Position numbers and translations under genes: made by a program. DNA of 64,000 nt, taken from NCBI GenBank assembly GCA_965235115.1, contig OZ249438.1, positions 18,166,001-18,230,000 on the forward strand, read 5' to 3'. Positions within the stretch are counted from its first letter, which is position 1. Each line of letters begins with the position of its first letter. This DNA comes from Laetmonice hystrix (lineage: Eukaryota). Positions 38,940 to 52,916 of this stretch are shown here, one piece after another. The notes under the pieces are model-generated. The model saw only the letters and a program-made list of their open reading frames with translations, was not told where the DNA came from and did not search any database.

Positions 38940-39199
38940 GTGTTTCTAACGGCGCCGTATGCTGACCAATACCTCAAATCTTCCAACGAACCAATTACTG
39001 TTTTACTAGTGCGTGGGGCACAATTTGTACTGCTTCGCTTCTGAATAATCTCCTACCGGATGATTAGAACCCTGAAGCATCCGGGAAAGTGAAATCCTAG
39101 ATGATGGAACTTAGACAGTTCGCAAACACCAACCCGTCTTAAGTCAGCAATATCTTCATGGGTCAATATATAAATTCTATTTCCCTGAACGCCGGGCTG

Positions 39200-39375
39200 T
39201 CACTGGTCAAGGACTCAAAGACGCAGCGTTCTCCTCTACGGAACCAGCAATAATCTCTCCCTGTCATCATGCAGGGAAATCTTTCTGATGAAGATCTTTG
39301 TAGATTTCATTTTGAATGTATCGTGTAAAGGATCGGTCCAAGTACCGGTACTCTGAAACCACCTCTTCTGGATAA
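39200..39375 (-). pseudogene. Decayed non-LTR retrotransposon (CR1/L2-type) reverse-transcriptase fragment
   Basis: Minus strand ggt ggt ttc aga gta ccg gta ctt gga ccg atc ctt tac acg ata cat = GGFRVPVLGPILYTIH, resembling the RT motif GVPQGSVLGPxLFxIY. About 25 codons later gca(t)gat gac = A-D-D with a 1-nt insertion, resembling YADD. The fragment has stops and frameshifts. Confidence 0.45.
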
Positions 39376-39426
39376 AGGGATACATGTCAAGCACAGAGAG
39401 CAGATGTTGGCCGACAAGTAGTACGA

Positions 39427-39937
39427 CCCCCTCTAACTCTGCCGGCCCCTCTAACTCGGCACTGTCGGCCCCCTCTAACTCGGCACTGCCGGCCCCTCTA
39501 ACTCGGCACTGTCGGTCCCCTCTAACTCGGCACTGCCGGCCCCTCTAACTCGGCACTGTCGGTCCCCTCTAACTCGGCACTGTCGGCCCCTCTAACTCGG
39601 CACTGCCGGCCCCTCTAACTCGGCACTGTCGGCCCCTCTAACTCGGCACTGCCGGCCCCTCTAACTCGGCACTGTCGGTCCCCTCTAACTCGGCACTGTC
39701 GGCCCCCTCTAACTCGACACTGTCGGTCCCGTCTAACTAGGCACTGCCGGCCCCTCTAACTAGGCACTGCCAGCCTCCTCTAACTCGGCACTGTCGGTCC
39801 CCTCTAACTCGGCACTGTCGGCCCCTCTAACTCGGCACTGTCAGTCCCCTCTAACTCGGCACTGTCGGCCCCTCTAACTCGGCACTATCGGCCCCTCTAA
39901 CTCGGCACTCCCGTCCCCTCTAACTCGGCACTGTCGG
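39427..39937. repeat. Minisatellite, 23/24-bp unit, ~22 copies
   Basis: Unit (c)ccctctaactcggcactg(t/c)cgg(t). ctaact markers at 39451, 39475, 39498, 39522 and 39545 show alternating 24/23 spacing. Confidence 0.95.
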
Positions 39938-42935
39938 ATTACCGTCCATTACCACACAGTTGCCAGGCCTCAGCCAAACCTATCCGAGCCCTATCATACG
40001 ACACTATTAAATCAATGGCTCCGAGTAGACATGTGGATGTACATCAACCAGATACAATACACATATACAGATGACATGTATCATTAGTATGGATTTTATC
40101 AAAGTTCTAGCAGAGACTACAATACACTAGACCATGAGTATTTGATAATATTTCTGTCTCTGCTCAAACATGCTGGAAGATATTGATCCAGACATCTGAT
40201 GTCTGACATGATGTCCCCTGTTTGGAATACTTACTGTCGAGGAATTAATGCGGTCTACTGAGGAGAAGGCCAGACCTCCAACAGCTGCATGTTTTTAATA
40301 AAGAAAGCTTACCTGTGATCACTCGAACAGTTAACAATTACCATCCATCCTATTAGTTTTTCTATGAAATTGATTAAATATCAACATCTGCCATCATTGT
40401 AAAGAAAGCTAATGGTAAACAAAGCTCATGGTTTATTCGTATTAGTGAGAATTCCATTACAATTCGCTCACAAAGAATTCTTGCTTCACCATAAGAATTT
40501 GAAGCATCAGCTGGCATACCCACAGTCGACCTTTTTATTCCTGAGTCATCTTCTTAAAGTTGTCGAAATTTGGCGCTGGTAGACCTCGAACTAAGGATAA
40601 GAGGGTTGTCTGGACATGGGCCAACCTGCGCTGGTCCCAAGCAGCTAGCCACGAAAGGACATCTCTGGGCCTGGCATCCTTGGCTGGCATAACCCTGACT
40701 GTAACCATTTCAAGGACTAATAGGGTTTACAGCTTGCGACTCGAAAAATGTATCCGTCTGACATAACACTATGTCATGTATCTACGGTGCAAAGAACAAC
40801 TAAGTCCACATAATTGAAGAACATGTTACGCTCATAAGTTTCATATTTTGTGCGTGTTTTGCGCGTAAATGCTTGCATATTGATCTGTTAGCGTTCCCGT
40901 CCACACTTAATAAGGAAGGAGTTAAAAGGAGATATAGTGTGTGTGGATAGAGAAGTGTCGCACACACAGGGTGCCAAGCTTTGTGCTTGGGCACGTTCAT
41001 GCCGACTAAAGACATGCCCTATCATAAACATTTGGCATAACGACTGCAATTAAACGTTGGTCTCCTTCCAACCGAGACAAAACCATGGACAATCGTAAAG
41101 TACCTCGGATGAACTCATCCACAGCGGGGTTCAGCCTCATTTCATTGGCTACTAACATGGCGGTTTTGGTCCACTCCAAACAAGTGTCATTGTTATAAAA
41201 TCACGGCTCGGGTTTCTTGTGTTCTGCTGAATCTAAGACAAACTTACTGAATTATCGAGATAAGAAAATATAATTGTGTACTCTTTATTAGTATCACTAA
41301 GGCTGTGATTCAGGTCCGAATGTTTTCCAGCAAAGTAACTGTTTCAAATTCTGTTAATCACTTTGAAAACAAGAAGAGAGGCTTTCGTTGGCCACACCTC
41401 CTCGGTTTCCACCCAGATCTTGGTCTCTTACGCTGCCACAAACGGTTGCGTATAATTCCGAGAATTAGTAGTCGCTGGGTCGTTGTCCACTGTGTGCTCC
41501 GAGACACAGACAGGCAGGATTTTCACGATTACCAAGTATATTAACGTCCTCTTCCCCTCAGGCCCCGGTGACCACAGCAAATGAAATAGCAGTTGGATAT
41601 CGTGGTCGGTGCATGCTTGTCCCGGATCAGTATTCTGCCTTGCTAATCTCTACACCACCACCGGTTTACTGTTTCAGCAAAGCCAGTGCGCCTGGAACAC
41701 AGCTTGCCAGAAAGTCCATCAAAGCCTGCGATTGGCCGCATTTCATGAAAGGATTTCGAGTGTGACATGCATCAAGATGTGAGCAAAGCTGATTGTGTTC
41801 GTGCAATTGTCACATAACGGAGTGACCGGCCACCAGAAGCTTAAAAACTTGCAACAGCTGGAGGATATAAAAAACCGATAGTTAACTTAGAGCTGAATAT
41901 ATACAGTTCAAAGGTCGTCATCACCGTCAATCTGTTCTCGGTACAATAATACCTAATCATTAATGCTCTCATCAAAATGTCCTCTTCTCTACAATACACT
42001 CAGTATCTGCATTCCACCATTCTCTCTGTGCAACTGCGAATTATATGTGTACAACTGCGGCATCCAGGTTACTTTTCTTTTGGTAACGATTCTACCCATT
42101 GAAGTACTGCAACTGCACTTCGGCCTCTAGGCCAAGACCATATGGTATAACAAACATATTTCTTTCCGTTGATAATATAGAAACAGATGCACTAAATTAC
42201 AAATTGTCATATTAAAATTATTTCTGAGCATCATTTTCACTTCACGCTGATCGTGCGGCCCAAACTTGACTGCCGTTCACCTGAATGCGGGACGATCGGC
42301 CGAGAACGGTAACTTAATGCTTCATTGTTTTTCTACACTGAATGAACCAGTAGAACCACCCCTTGATACTTTACAGCAGGGGATCTGACAAACCTTTACA
42401 AACAACTCCTTCATCAAAGTATATAACTAGTATTGGCATTCACCAACATCTGTGACTGCATGACCTACCCGAATAGAGTCGAGGCGATATGCCGGTAGAG
42501 TAGGTGATCTACACGCAGGGTCTGTGGGCGGGCCAACCCGAGTAAAATGACCGCTGATTTACCCATGGCATGCCCGGACCACACTTGCTGCGTGATATGT
42601 CATGCTAGTTTGGGGTGATCAACCAAAGATTGCTCCTAACAAAAGCTTATCGAAAACCCAGTGGTTCCAATGAGTGCAGAAGTAGGATTAACATCTCAGA
42701 ATGGTGATGTGCTATTCGAGTTTTATGCAGTTAACTCTGAAAAGTTACTTTGTCGAATGTCAGAAGACTAGTTTTACAATTACACTGTATAATGACCGAA
42801 GGTCTGTGTTTGATGCTGATGATTTTGCCCATTTTTCTTCTTTTTTTGGTAGGCGATGTGAGGAACAAGGTCCATGACAGAGTCAGGTACAGTCTAGACA
42901 GTACATGTAGTCTACCTAGTAGTGTTTGTTAACCA

Positions 42936-42964
42936 GCCTGAATACCAGTGGCTGGTATTCAGGC
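42936..42964. other. Perfect 13-bp-stem hairpin (probable MITE remnant)
   Basis: gcctgaataccag-tgg-ctggtattcaggc. Confidence 0.7.
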
Positions 42965-43747
42965 CCACAGATCCTACACGTGTTGAGGGCACAGTTCAGG
43001 CTCCACACACTGAATCAGTTGGAAACCTAGCACTTGCATGACCCCGCATCAACGTCAAATCTCATCTTAATGCTAGTTTATGCCGTCTGAGCAAATGTCT
43101 CCCCTCACAAAAACATCATCCAGCACGCACGACACAAAGAAATCGCTACTTTAAAGTAAATTGCGCCCCACATTTGATCTATAGCGCATACTCTGATTTT
43201 CTCAGCGGCTCCGTTTCAATAAAAGAACAATGTTTGTAGCTGCTGTATAGAAAACCTCTCTAGGTCAACTCTTATTGACACTCTTCTCTCTCGCCGGGAT
43301 CTTGGTGGCAGCCCTGTCTTGGACCGAGTCATGAATATCCTTACAATTACTGCGAGATGGCCATGTTCCTACACCCGGATGTACAGAGAAATTTCCTGGC
43401 ATTCCCTTTACCCAATGGTGTTGCTAGGCGATATATTTTGCGTGCTGTAGTCATAGGAAAGTAAAGGGCGTCACAATGAAAGGAGACGTCTGACGCATAC
43501 ACAAAAACCGTTCACTCTCTCCATCGGGTCTTGTAGAGGAGCGAGGCTTCCACACAGCCACCTTGAGTGTGCGAGTGTTCAGAGGGTCTTTCACCCAGTC
43601 GGTCCACGATCCGGCCTGGGTGAATATTTGGAGCTGAGCGGAAATGAAACAGACTCCCCACAACTGTCACCCTCCTTGCCAATTCACGGTGTGTTTCGCC
43701 ACCTTGTCATCATCATAAAGGCCAGGTGTTGGGCATTCTTGGTACAT

Positions 43748-44422
43748 GGTCCGGCGTAGGGGTCGCTTCATCCTGTCTGTCCAACTCATCGGATTTGGCG
43801 AGTTTGGCCTTAGACACGAACCGGTCCGGCCTAGAGCTCGCTTCATCCTGTCTGTCCACCTCATCGGATTGGGCGAGTTTGGCCTTAGACACGAACCGGT
43901 CCGGCCGAGGGCTCGCTTCATCCTGTCTGTCCACCTCATCGGATCGGGCCAGTTTGGCCTTAGACACGAACCGGTCCGGCCTAGGGCTCGCTTCATCCTG
44001 TCTGTCCACCTCATCGGATTGGGCGAGTTTGGCCTTAGACACGAACCGGTCCGGCCTAGGGGTCGCTTCATCCTGTCTGTCCACCTCATCGGATCGGGCC
44101 AGTTTGGCCTTAGACACGAACCGGTCCGGCCTAGGGCTCGCTTCATCCTGTCTGTCCACCTCATCGGATCGGGCCAGTTTGGCCTTAGACACGAACCGGT
44201 CCGGCCTAGGGCTCGCTTCATCCTGTCTGTCCACCTCATCGGATTGGGCGAGTTTGGCCTTAGACACGAACCGGTCCGGCCTAGGGGTCGCTTCATCCTG
44301 TCTGTCCACCTCATCAGATTGGGCGAGTTTGGCCTGAGACACGAACCGGTCCGGCCTAGAGCTCGCTTCATCCTGTCTGTCCATCTCATCGGATTGGGCG
44401 AGTTTGGCCTTAGACACGAACC
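43748..44422. repeat. Tandem minisatellite, 75-bp unit x9
   Basis: The agtttggcct marker recurs every 75 bp from 43801 to 44401. The unit is a multiple of 3 and is stop-free in four frames, which explains the four ORF-track entries. Confidence 0.96.
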
Positions 44423-47400
44423 AGTCACATCACCCATCCTAACAGCGTTTGTTATCGTATTCCTACTTACTTCAGGGAACTACCTATAGGATTTTCTTTT
44501 GGTTTTCAAACTCCACAAGTGTTACCAATCTATCAGCTATCTATCATACATAATAACCTAAAGTTGGCAGATTTTTCTTTCTTTTCTCTACACAGATTTG
44601 TCCATGTCACCCATCAGTTTGGTACCATTGTGCTGATGATATAAGTAATAGAAGTATCGTCCCGCTATCACTCGATGCACTGATCTGCCCAGGTATGTGC
44701 AGCTAAAAAAGGGTCTCTAGCATTCTTGTATCTCGACATCGACCTCTCACACCCGACACATCTACAGTCGACAGTTGAAGAAAACTAGGACGGGATTTAT
44801 GATGTGGATATATGTTTTCAGGTGATCACGGGCAACCATCCGACCTTCCCGTCCCCTCCACCGCCTCACTCCTTGCTTGTGACAAGCTTGGTCAGTCCCA
44901 TTAGTTATACCGGGTCATTACTGAAGCGAGTCCTGCATAGACTGGGAGCCCAGCGCAGACTGAAGGCATCGCCAGCGCCCTGTGCAGACCAAAGGCATTG
45001 CCAGCACCTCTCAGTGCAGAACATCTCCAACTAGTGACCCTTAACACCTCAAAGTAGTCCAAGTGTGAGGGCTTTCAGAATATGAATTGTGGGGCTGTCA
45101 CTGCCCCTACATAACCTCCACATTCCCACCCACTTACATGAGCCCCCAACTACCCATGGGCCCTGTTTCTCAGCTTCTCGTCCACCTGACAAGCTAAGCA
45201 CTGCCTGATCAAATCAATAAAAAGCTCTAATAGCCTCATATAAAGCTCTCCCTCCGTGCGCTCATGACTATAACCCCAGATTTCAACTCAAGTCCTTTTG
45301 ACTTAATGAGGTTTCCGGACAGACATTCCAACCCTTCAGGTCCTGGCTCTGGTTGTGCCCAGCCGTATCTTCCACAGTTCTTCGCCTTCAGACTCCGACC
45401 GGTATTGACTGATCAAAATTTTGTGAGATGTTCAATCATTTCAGTCAGGGACATAACAGGGGTAGATGTTTTCTGGACTGTTGAAATTTTAAATACATAC
45501 TCGGCTGACAACATGGGTCGACGTCAATGTGGAGTGTATAAGTATGCTGGGTTGGCGGCCCTTTGTTGTACTTGATGCACGCAGGGCAGAAAATGCTGGT
45601 TGGTGTCGTTACATAATGCAGGCTTACAAGGGCGGGGGCTGGCCTCGGGCGAGTTCATCACTCGTGAAATAATGCTGGGCCCCTTACGGCTAGACTAACA
45701 ATGCTGGCCAATGGGACAGTACATCTGCCTCATGTACACTACTGCAATGGAACAGGCATAGAGTCTACGACTGTGACTGTACATAACACTCCCAACCACA
45801 ATGCACTTAGTTGGGTACAATTGCAAATCAGCTTCGGGTTAAAGGGTCCATTCCATATGATTCCATTATAATATTACATCATGTTATGCGCTATAGCTAT
45901 TAGCTGCTATATAACAATCTATGTATTGGCAACCCTTGTATGTATGACTCGAACAGTCGCACTTATGTAAGGGCCATCCTGGGACTTGTTTCGCGGCCGT
46001 GGGGCTATTAGTATTTAGACAGTCCTTATGCTAGGCTTTCACAGATAAAGAGAAGCCAGCTCATCACCGGTCAGGGGAGCTTATCCACCAGAATCCAGCT
46101 GCCAAATTAGTGACGTACCCGAACGCATGTTTAGGCCAAGGATGTTAACAAACAATTACTCTTTACATACAATAGTAGGTTACATCATAAAAACAGGTCC
46201 TGGACGATACTTTAGAAGGTCCTTACATTGCGCCGAACCAGTTCCCATTATTTTATAGCAACATGTAACCTGCTGCCGGCTTACTCTCAATAATTTATTC
46301 TAGAATTCGTCCCACATTGGGGCTCCTGTCTAACATCTTTCAATGTATGATCGGCCATAAAAATTAACTCGGATTTTACATTTTATGGTCAATATAAATG
46401 ACAACTGTATCTGTCGGCTCTCTTGGCGGAGAATCTGTTACAGGCCGGTGTGACCTAGAGAACACAGCCCGATGTCTTAAAACATTAGAAGGGTCCGATC
46501 AGAGCTACTGACCGCCGACTGCGCGCCTCTTGCTGGCTGCCTAGGGCCGGGCCAATGGTCACCAGTTTCATTCTACGTATCAAAGACAAATCACCACCGC
46601 CTTCTTGTGCTGCCTCCTATGATTGGATTACCAGGTGGCTTCATTCTCCCGGCCCCTCACTTCGCACGCCACCAGGCCGAGGAAGGCCTCACTTGCTATT
46701 AAATGGATCCAGCGTGTATCTGAATTTGACTACAAGCAAGATGTTCCTTGCGCTAATCTGTTTCAGAGTCCTAAAAGATTTATGACCTTTTCGACTTTAA
46801 CTGTTGGCCAATTGAGTTGTTTTTTACAACTTACATGTCTTCTCAATTTTTCAAATATTTACATGTGATGAAAATGGATGCTGGCCGTGAGGTGCTCCCA
46901 ATCAAAGAAGATTGTGTACAAGTACAATAGATGTCTCCCTGCGCGGTCTCTGTCGGAATGAAGCCCGCTTCTTCTCCCATCTGTCATTAATTTCGCCACT
47001 CACATTATCTGCTGCTCATTTATTTTAGCTGCCTTCCTCCTTACCACCTACGCAGGCGCCATCCGCACGTGCCATATCACCCTCAGCACCCTCCCCAATC
47101 TTCCCCCTATAACTGCCCTACCACCCCCACCTGCGTCACACACCCCTCCCACCCGCACCACCACCACCACCACCGCTGCCTTCCCACCTCCCGGCCCTGG
47201 GTTATTCTCCGGGCTATCCAGCCTAGCTTGTCAATCCTTCAGGACCTAAGCTAATCATCCAATCGCCTGGTTTACAATGTCTCACAATGAGGTCACGCGG
47301 CAGGGACATACTTTACCAGGGACTCTAAAGTCAAGGCTCCGTCTTCGTCCTCCCTGGACCCCCCCCCCCCCCTCCTCTTAAGGAGAGCTGTATGAATATA

Positions 47401-50400
47401 CCAGCTCTAACATAATTGTGACTATATCCCCTGCAACGATTCTTCACATACCTTGGAAAAATACCAAACAGTTTGTCAAATACGGCTGCCAGTGTGCCAT
47501 TGGCTGTCACAAATTTTTACTAAATTGAGCTATTTATTCTTTTTTAAGTAATATATTGGCCCTCAAATAATTTTCTCTACATGCACATGGACAAAAAGTG
47601 CAGGGAGCGCTCAACCATTTCGTGCCTCAATTTATTATTCACACTTGAACCCAAACCACACAACCTATACAGAGAGCCTGTCAGTCGCTGCTGCGGTAAG
47701 TATGAATGACAAGAAAGAGATAGGCCGACATGTGTATGATAAAAAGAAGACGAAAGAAAAAAAATGCAAGGGGTTCTTAAAGGTTGCTTTTTAAAAAAGT
47801 ATTACTTTTGATTTATGTTTTCCGGAGCTATGAAAGCAATGGTGTTCGCTGTTGGTATTCGTGAGCGAAGACCTCCCTCAATTCACCGAGCAGCTGGAAA
47901 TTATAACTACCCATTTCAATTCTACCATCTTTACTCTGGAATGGCCTTCCATTTGTGACAGTTCTAGGACAGGGAAGGGCTGTGCCACTACCAGGAAGGG
48001 CTGCTCAAAGCCCATACAGTTTGGATTCATTGAAATGAACATTTAAAGATATAAGCAAATTTGGGAGCATTACGACACGGTACCATAAGCTCCTGGTCAG
48101 TGAGGGCCTCGAGGGTTGTGTATAACACGAATAACCCCCCTCCCGCCACCCCCACCCTCTCCCCACTCAGATATTGGCACGCACACACCACAAGGTGATC
48201 CGTGCCGTGCCCGCCATCTTCCTTCCAAATCATCGGAGATCATTCAAGCCTCAATGACCATGTATAGAACTGCAGTGTCTCTTGGACTGAGGATGATACC
48301 GGCGGCTGGAAGTGTGCCCCCAAGCTACAGTCAGGCCCATTCTACGCATTTAGAAGGAGACACACAAAAAAGGGCTCACATCTTGGGTCAAAATATCGTC
48401 AACTCTTACATAAAATCAACACGGGTTATTACCACCCAATGGTCAAACATTGCGTGACAGCATTGAAACCCCCCATCACTGAAAGTTCCACTACAATGCC
48501 ACCATTTTATCTGACGTGTAATTCTACTATGTGACAGGTTGAATAGCTGTCAGAGCACCACCATATTTTTCCCTGCTTACATATTGACCTTACATTCAGG
48601 TCCCTAACTCTGTCTGTGCCAGATATCAGAACAGCTGTTTACCACTGACCTGTAAACCTGGCCCTAAATTTGGGAATATCTGGGAACAATATGATGGTTT
48701 GTGTAGGTTCTCTAAGTATGCAAGCCAACAATACATTATGAACATTGACAAATGACAAGGCGTTCTTCGCGTCTGTTATCAGTTTAGTAAGCACCCTCGC
48801 TGAACATCTATTGATAGAAAAAGTTATCAATAGATAAGAAAAATTTTTATCATTTCAAAAATGATAAACAATGGGCGTTTTTTTATGATTCGGTCATAAA
48901 TGGCTGCCTTTCAAAGCCCAAATAATCTTTGTCTCATTTTTATCGAAATCCTTGTCTCCTCATGACTATGGGATGATGAAATCTGACGTAGGAAGTGCAC
49001 ATCACCTGGAAACTAACAACCCCCTCCCCCCCCCCCAGTGACGCCTTCACTACCAAATACCCTTACTGTGATCTACCGATGTTTTCAACGCTTCTTACGT
49101 GCTATTTCTGGTTAGCAAAGGTTAGGGGGGAACTGCCATACTTTCCACGTTACAAACGGCCTGTCTGGCCTCACTTGGTTGCGCTGACCGCGGCGGGGGG
49201 GGGGGCCTTGCTGCTCCGTTTACTAGCTCTGGGATCCAGGCAAAATGATCTTCTATGCTTTTTATGCATCTTCCATGCATTCTATGCATCTGAACAATCA
49301 TATACCTGGAGTAAGCTACATATGAACTTCCTCAAGTTCGTTTTATGAAAACAAGAGGTCTTGGAATAGGTGGCTTTGCAGAGACGGTGTTAAAGAATGC
49401 ATACAGCCATTTCTTTAATGACGCATGCAATCACTAGAAAAAGTCATCGACAGTTTTCATGCAATCAGCGACACCTTTTGGGTAAGTGAAACGTACCCCT
49501 GATTCTAGGCTGGCTGGTGGTTCGCGATGTTAGCTATAGGGGCTGGATGCAGCCAGGCTACCTCCCATCACTCCAGCATTCCACCCTGGCCAAGCTGTGA
49601 AGTAAAACTGAGTTGCGCTGGCACATGACCATCCTATTAGAACTCTCAGCGGGTCGGCTGGCTCTGAACGTCTCGGCTACAAAGACTTCAAGCAGGTAAA
49701 GGTGGTCATGGACCACGGCTTGTTGGCACTGGTGCGGCTGTGCCAGCAAGAGTCATGCAGCAACAGCAGGCAACACTTTGACAGGCTATGGCACGATCAT
49801 CTCTTGGCACATTTGACACGTAGTATTCAATCGAAGACCAGTGGACAAACCCCTAGTTTTACCATTAGTACTAAGTCAGGTTATTATTTAGCGGTATGTT
49901 TATGGCATACCCATGGACCGATGAACGTCATTAACTTGGTCATGTGACCTCGTTCGCAAGCTTTGTAGACCTAGGTATGCATGTTGTCCGTGTACTGATG
50001 GACGTTACATTGGTGTTTTGTATAAGTCTAGATAATGCAATCATATTTCGGTTGACTAATGCAGCATGAACAATGATGATAATTCATGAAAATATGCTCG
50101 GTTAGGACTGGCACCGAATTACTCACAGATACTGAGGGAGGTAGCGGACAATGACCCCCTCGGCCACACCGACACTAACCACCCACATCAACACACCAGC
50201 CCACCTCAATGTGATACTAACCACCCTTATGTCAGAGGGCATCTGCTTACAGTGACTAGTGTCCGACTGACACCATTGGCCAGCCTCTGGTAGACGCTCC
50301 TTGACCACTGTCCACTGTCACATGACCATCTGTCCTGTATCTAGGCCGAATGACCATAACGCCATGAGTGAACTCACAGTAATCTACATAGTTCATCAAT

Positions 50401-51204
50401 ACCACTGAAAAGCCTGATCAACTTATCATTGCCAGTAATGGAATTTAAATCCCCACTTCCATCAGCAGACACCTTATCAATGCTAATCTAGAGATCAATA
50501 CAATAGCCTCACAAGATTAATACTACGCGAACACGACGTAGTGAAAAGTTCAAACGTCATGCCTGGACGGTTCGGTTAATACCGCTGAATCCGTCACTAA
50601 ACTCCACTAACAGCTGTCATCGCATTTACCACCAATCACCAGTCATTGGGTTTCGGAAACGTTTCATACAATCGATTACTGCAATTAGTAGCTTTGTATT
50701 TATAATTAGATTGTGAAACCAACAATTGCAATTTGTATATCAACTGCGGAATATATTCATCTTATCCATTATAAAAAGAGTTGAGAATGATTAAGTGCAT
50801 CATTATCAGAAGTGACTGAGTGCCGTTCATAATTACTTGTTATCAGCTGATACCAAACACACTCAACTTAATTTTCTCTGGGTATATATTATATGTATTG
50901 GAAGTGTTCGCCGATACAAACGGTTCGACAAGATTACTATTTGTCGTTCTGTGGATCCCGTCCTTCCATTATTTCCTAATCTCATTAATTTAAGCGAGTT
51001 CCGAAGGCGGGTATATATCCTGATATGCTGACTACCCTAGGCGACCTCACTATCTCTGGACAGGCCGATATACACGTGTTCTCCCCATCTCATCACTCCA
51101 AGGCCGTAACCTCATCTCACGGCCATGGGCCTACATAACCCCTGGTAGGCTCACAGTTATGTACCACGCACTAATGTCCAGGAAAGCTCGAGGAAACACC
51201 CACC

Positions 51205-52000
51205 CAGCCTAACTCCACCATCCGACCCTGGCCTCAGCCTAGTGTTCCAGCCTAACTCCACCATCCGACCCTGGCCTCAGCCTGCCGTTCCAGCCTAACT
51301 CCACCATCCGACCCTGGCCTCAGTCTGCCGTTCCAACCTAACTCCACCATCCGACCCTGGCCTCAGTCTGCCGTTCCAACCTAACTCCACCATCCGACCC
51401 TGGCCTCAGTCTGCCGTTCCAGCCTAACTCCACCATCCGACCCTGGCCTCAGTCTGCCGTTCCAACCTAACTCCACCATCCGACCCTGGCCTCAGTCTGC
51501 CGTTCCAACCTAACTCCACCATCCGACCCTGGCCTCAGTCTGCCGTTCCAGCCTAACTCCACCATCCGACCCTGGCCTCAGTCTGCCGTTCCAGCCTAAC
51601 TCCACCATCCGACCCTGGCCTCAGTCTGCTGCCTCTGGCCAACCCACCATCAGACCCTGGCCTCAGTCTGCCGTTCCAGCCTAACTCCACCATCCGACCC
51701 TGGCCTCAGTCTGCTGCCTCTGGCCAACCCACCATCAGACCCTGGCCTCAGTTTGCTGCCTCTGACCAACCCACCATCAGACCCTGGCCTCAGTCTGCCG
51801 TTCCAGCCTAACTCCACCATCCGACCCTGGCCTCAGTCTGCTGCCTCTGGCCAACCCACCATCAGACCCTGGCCTCAGTCTGCCGTTCCAGCCTAACTCC
51901 ACCATCCGACCCTGGCCTCAGTCTGCTGCCTCTGGCCAACCCACCATCAGACCCTGGCCTCAGTTTGCTGCCTCTGACCAACTCACCATCAGACCCTAGC
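51205..52000. repeat. C-rich composite minisatellite, 43-bp (A) and 42-bp (B) units, 19 copies
   Basis: The accctggcctcag marker is at 51225 ... 51612 (43-bp steps), then 51654, 51697, 51739, 51781, 51824, 51866, 51909, 51951 and 51993. Confidence 0.95.
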
Positions 52001-52038
52001 CTTAAACTCTCCTCCTCCTGACCAATCCCCATCATCAG

Positions 52039-52164
52039 GGCCCGGTTCACAAACAAAGTCAAGTAAATTTTAATTAACTTGAAATCCATTTTAACCAATC
52101 AGATTCAAGTAAAATTGACTTAAAGTCAATTAAAATTGCCTTGACTTTGTTTGTGAACCGGGCC
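52039..52164. mobile_element. Foldback MITE, PIF/Harbinger (Tourist)-like
   Basis: TIR ggcccggttcacaaacaaagtcaag ... cttgactttgtttgtgaaccgggcc (25 bp perfect). Flanks are CAG / CTG (CWG-type but not identical). Confidence 0.75.
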
Positions 52165-52768
52165 CTGACCTTGCCCCGGTTCCTTGCCAGCACTGATACT
52201 ATGTGAGCAGTATATGTAAAGCAAGCCTCTGCATCAGGTGGGTATTACATCACTTGGCCTGGGCCTCGGCGGTGTGATCATTTTAAACCGATCCAATTAA
52301 CACTGACATTTGCCCGGAGGGGAAGAGGCCCTAGTCCCCTGACAAACTCTGACAAGCTTACAAACCCTTCAGTTGTGGTTTTCCGCGAGAATGCATGACC
52401 AGTCCTAACACATATTACGGTGGCCTGATGCCAACTGACAGGATCGTATCAACACTGCGACGAGCAAGACATCTGGCCAACAGACACACGAGTGCGAAAT
52501 GTCAATGACTTGTCCGCAGCCCTGCTAACCATTGCCCATTCATGATGTGCGACAGGTCTTGACACTGACAGGGACAGCCAGCGTTAAACTGACACTACCT
52601 CACACGTTCTGTCCGACTGACCGATGGCAACCATCCAAAGTCACACTGTCGGCATGCAACTAGTGGCCTGACCGCACCCTCCCCTACCCTTATCCACCTA
52701 ACCAGTAAGATAAACTCAGGATATAGGACATAATATATTATAAACCAAAGGCCAGTAACTTTGCTTTA

Positions 52769-52916
52769 GGCCCGGTTTCTCGAACATACTTAAGTATACT
52801 TAAGTCTTCACTCAAATCTACTCAAAAAAACGTTTTTAGCCAATGTGAATCCTCCATTTCCTGAGTTGAGTAGATTTAGTGAAACTCAGACTTGAGTATT
52901 TTCGAGAAACCGGGCC
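52769..52916. mobile_element. Foldback MITE, PIF/Harbinger (Tourist)-like, with TTA target-site duplication
   Basis: TTA(52766-52768)|ggcccggtttctcgaa ... ttcgagaaaccgggcc|TTA(52917-52919). Internal arms aaatctactcaa/ttgagtagattt are also inverted. Confidence 0.85.

Noticed and set aside
38593-38949. 118-aa ORF of 28-aa repeats
   Set aside because: It simply reflects the 84-bp unit, and nothing else supports coding.
40036-40080. MYINQIQYTYTDD resembling the RT motif YINDL...YADD
   Set aside because: The spacing is far too short and there is no upstream QGxxLGP motif.
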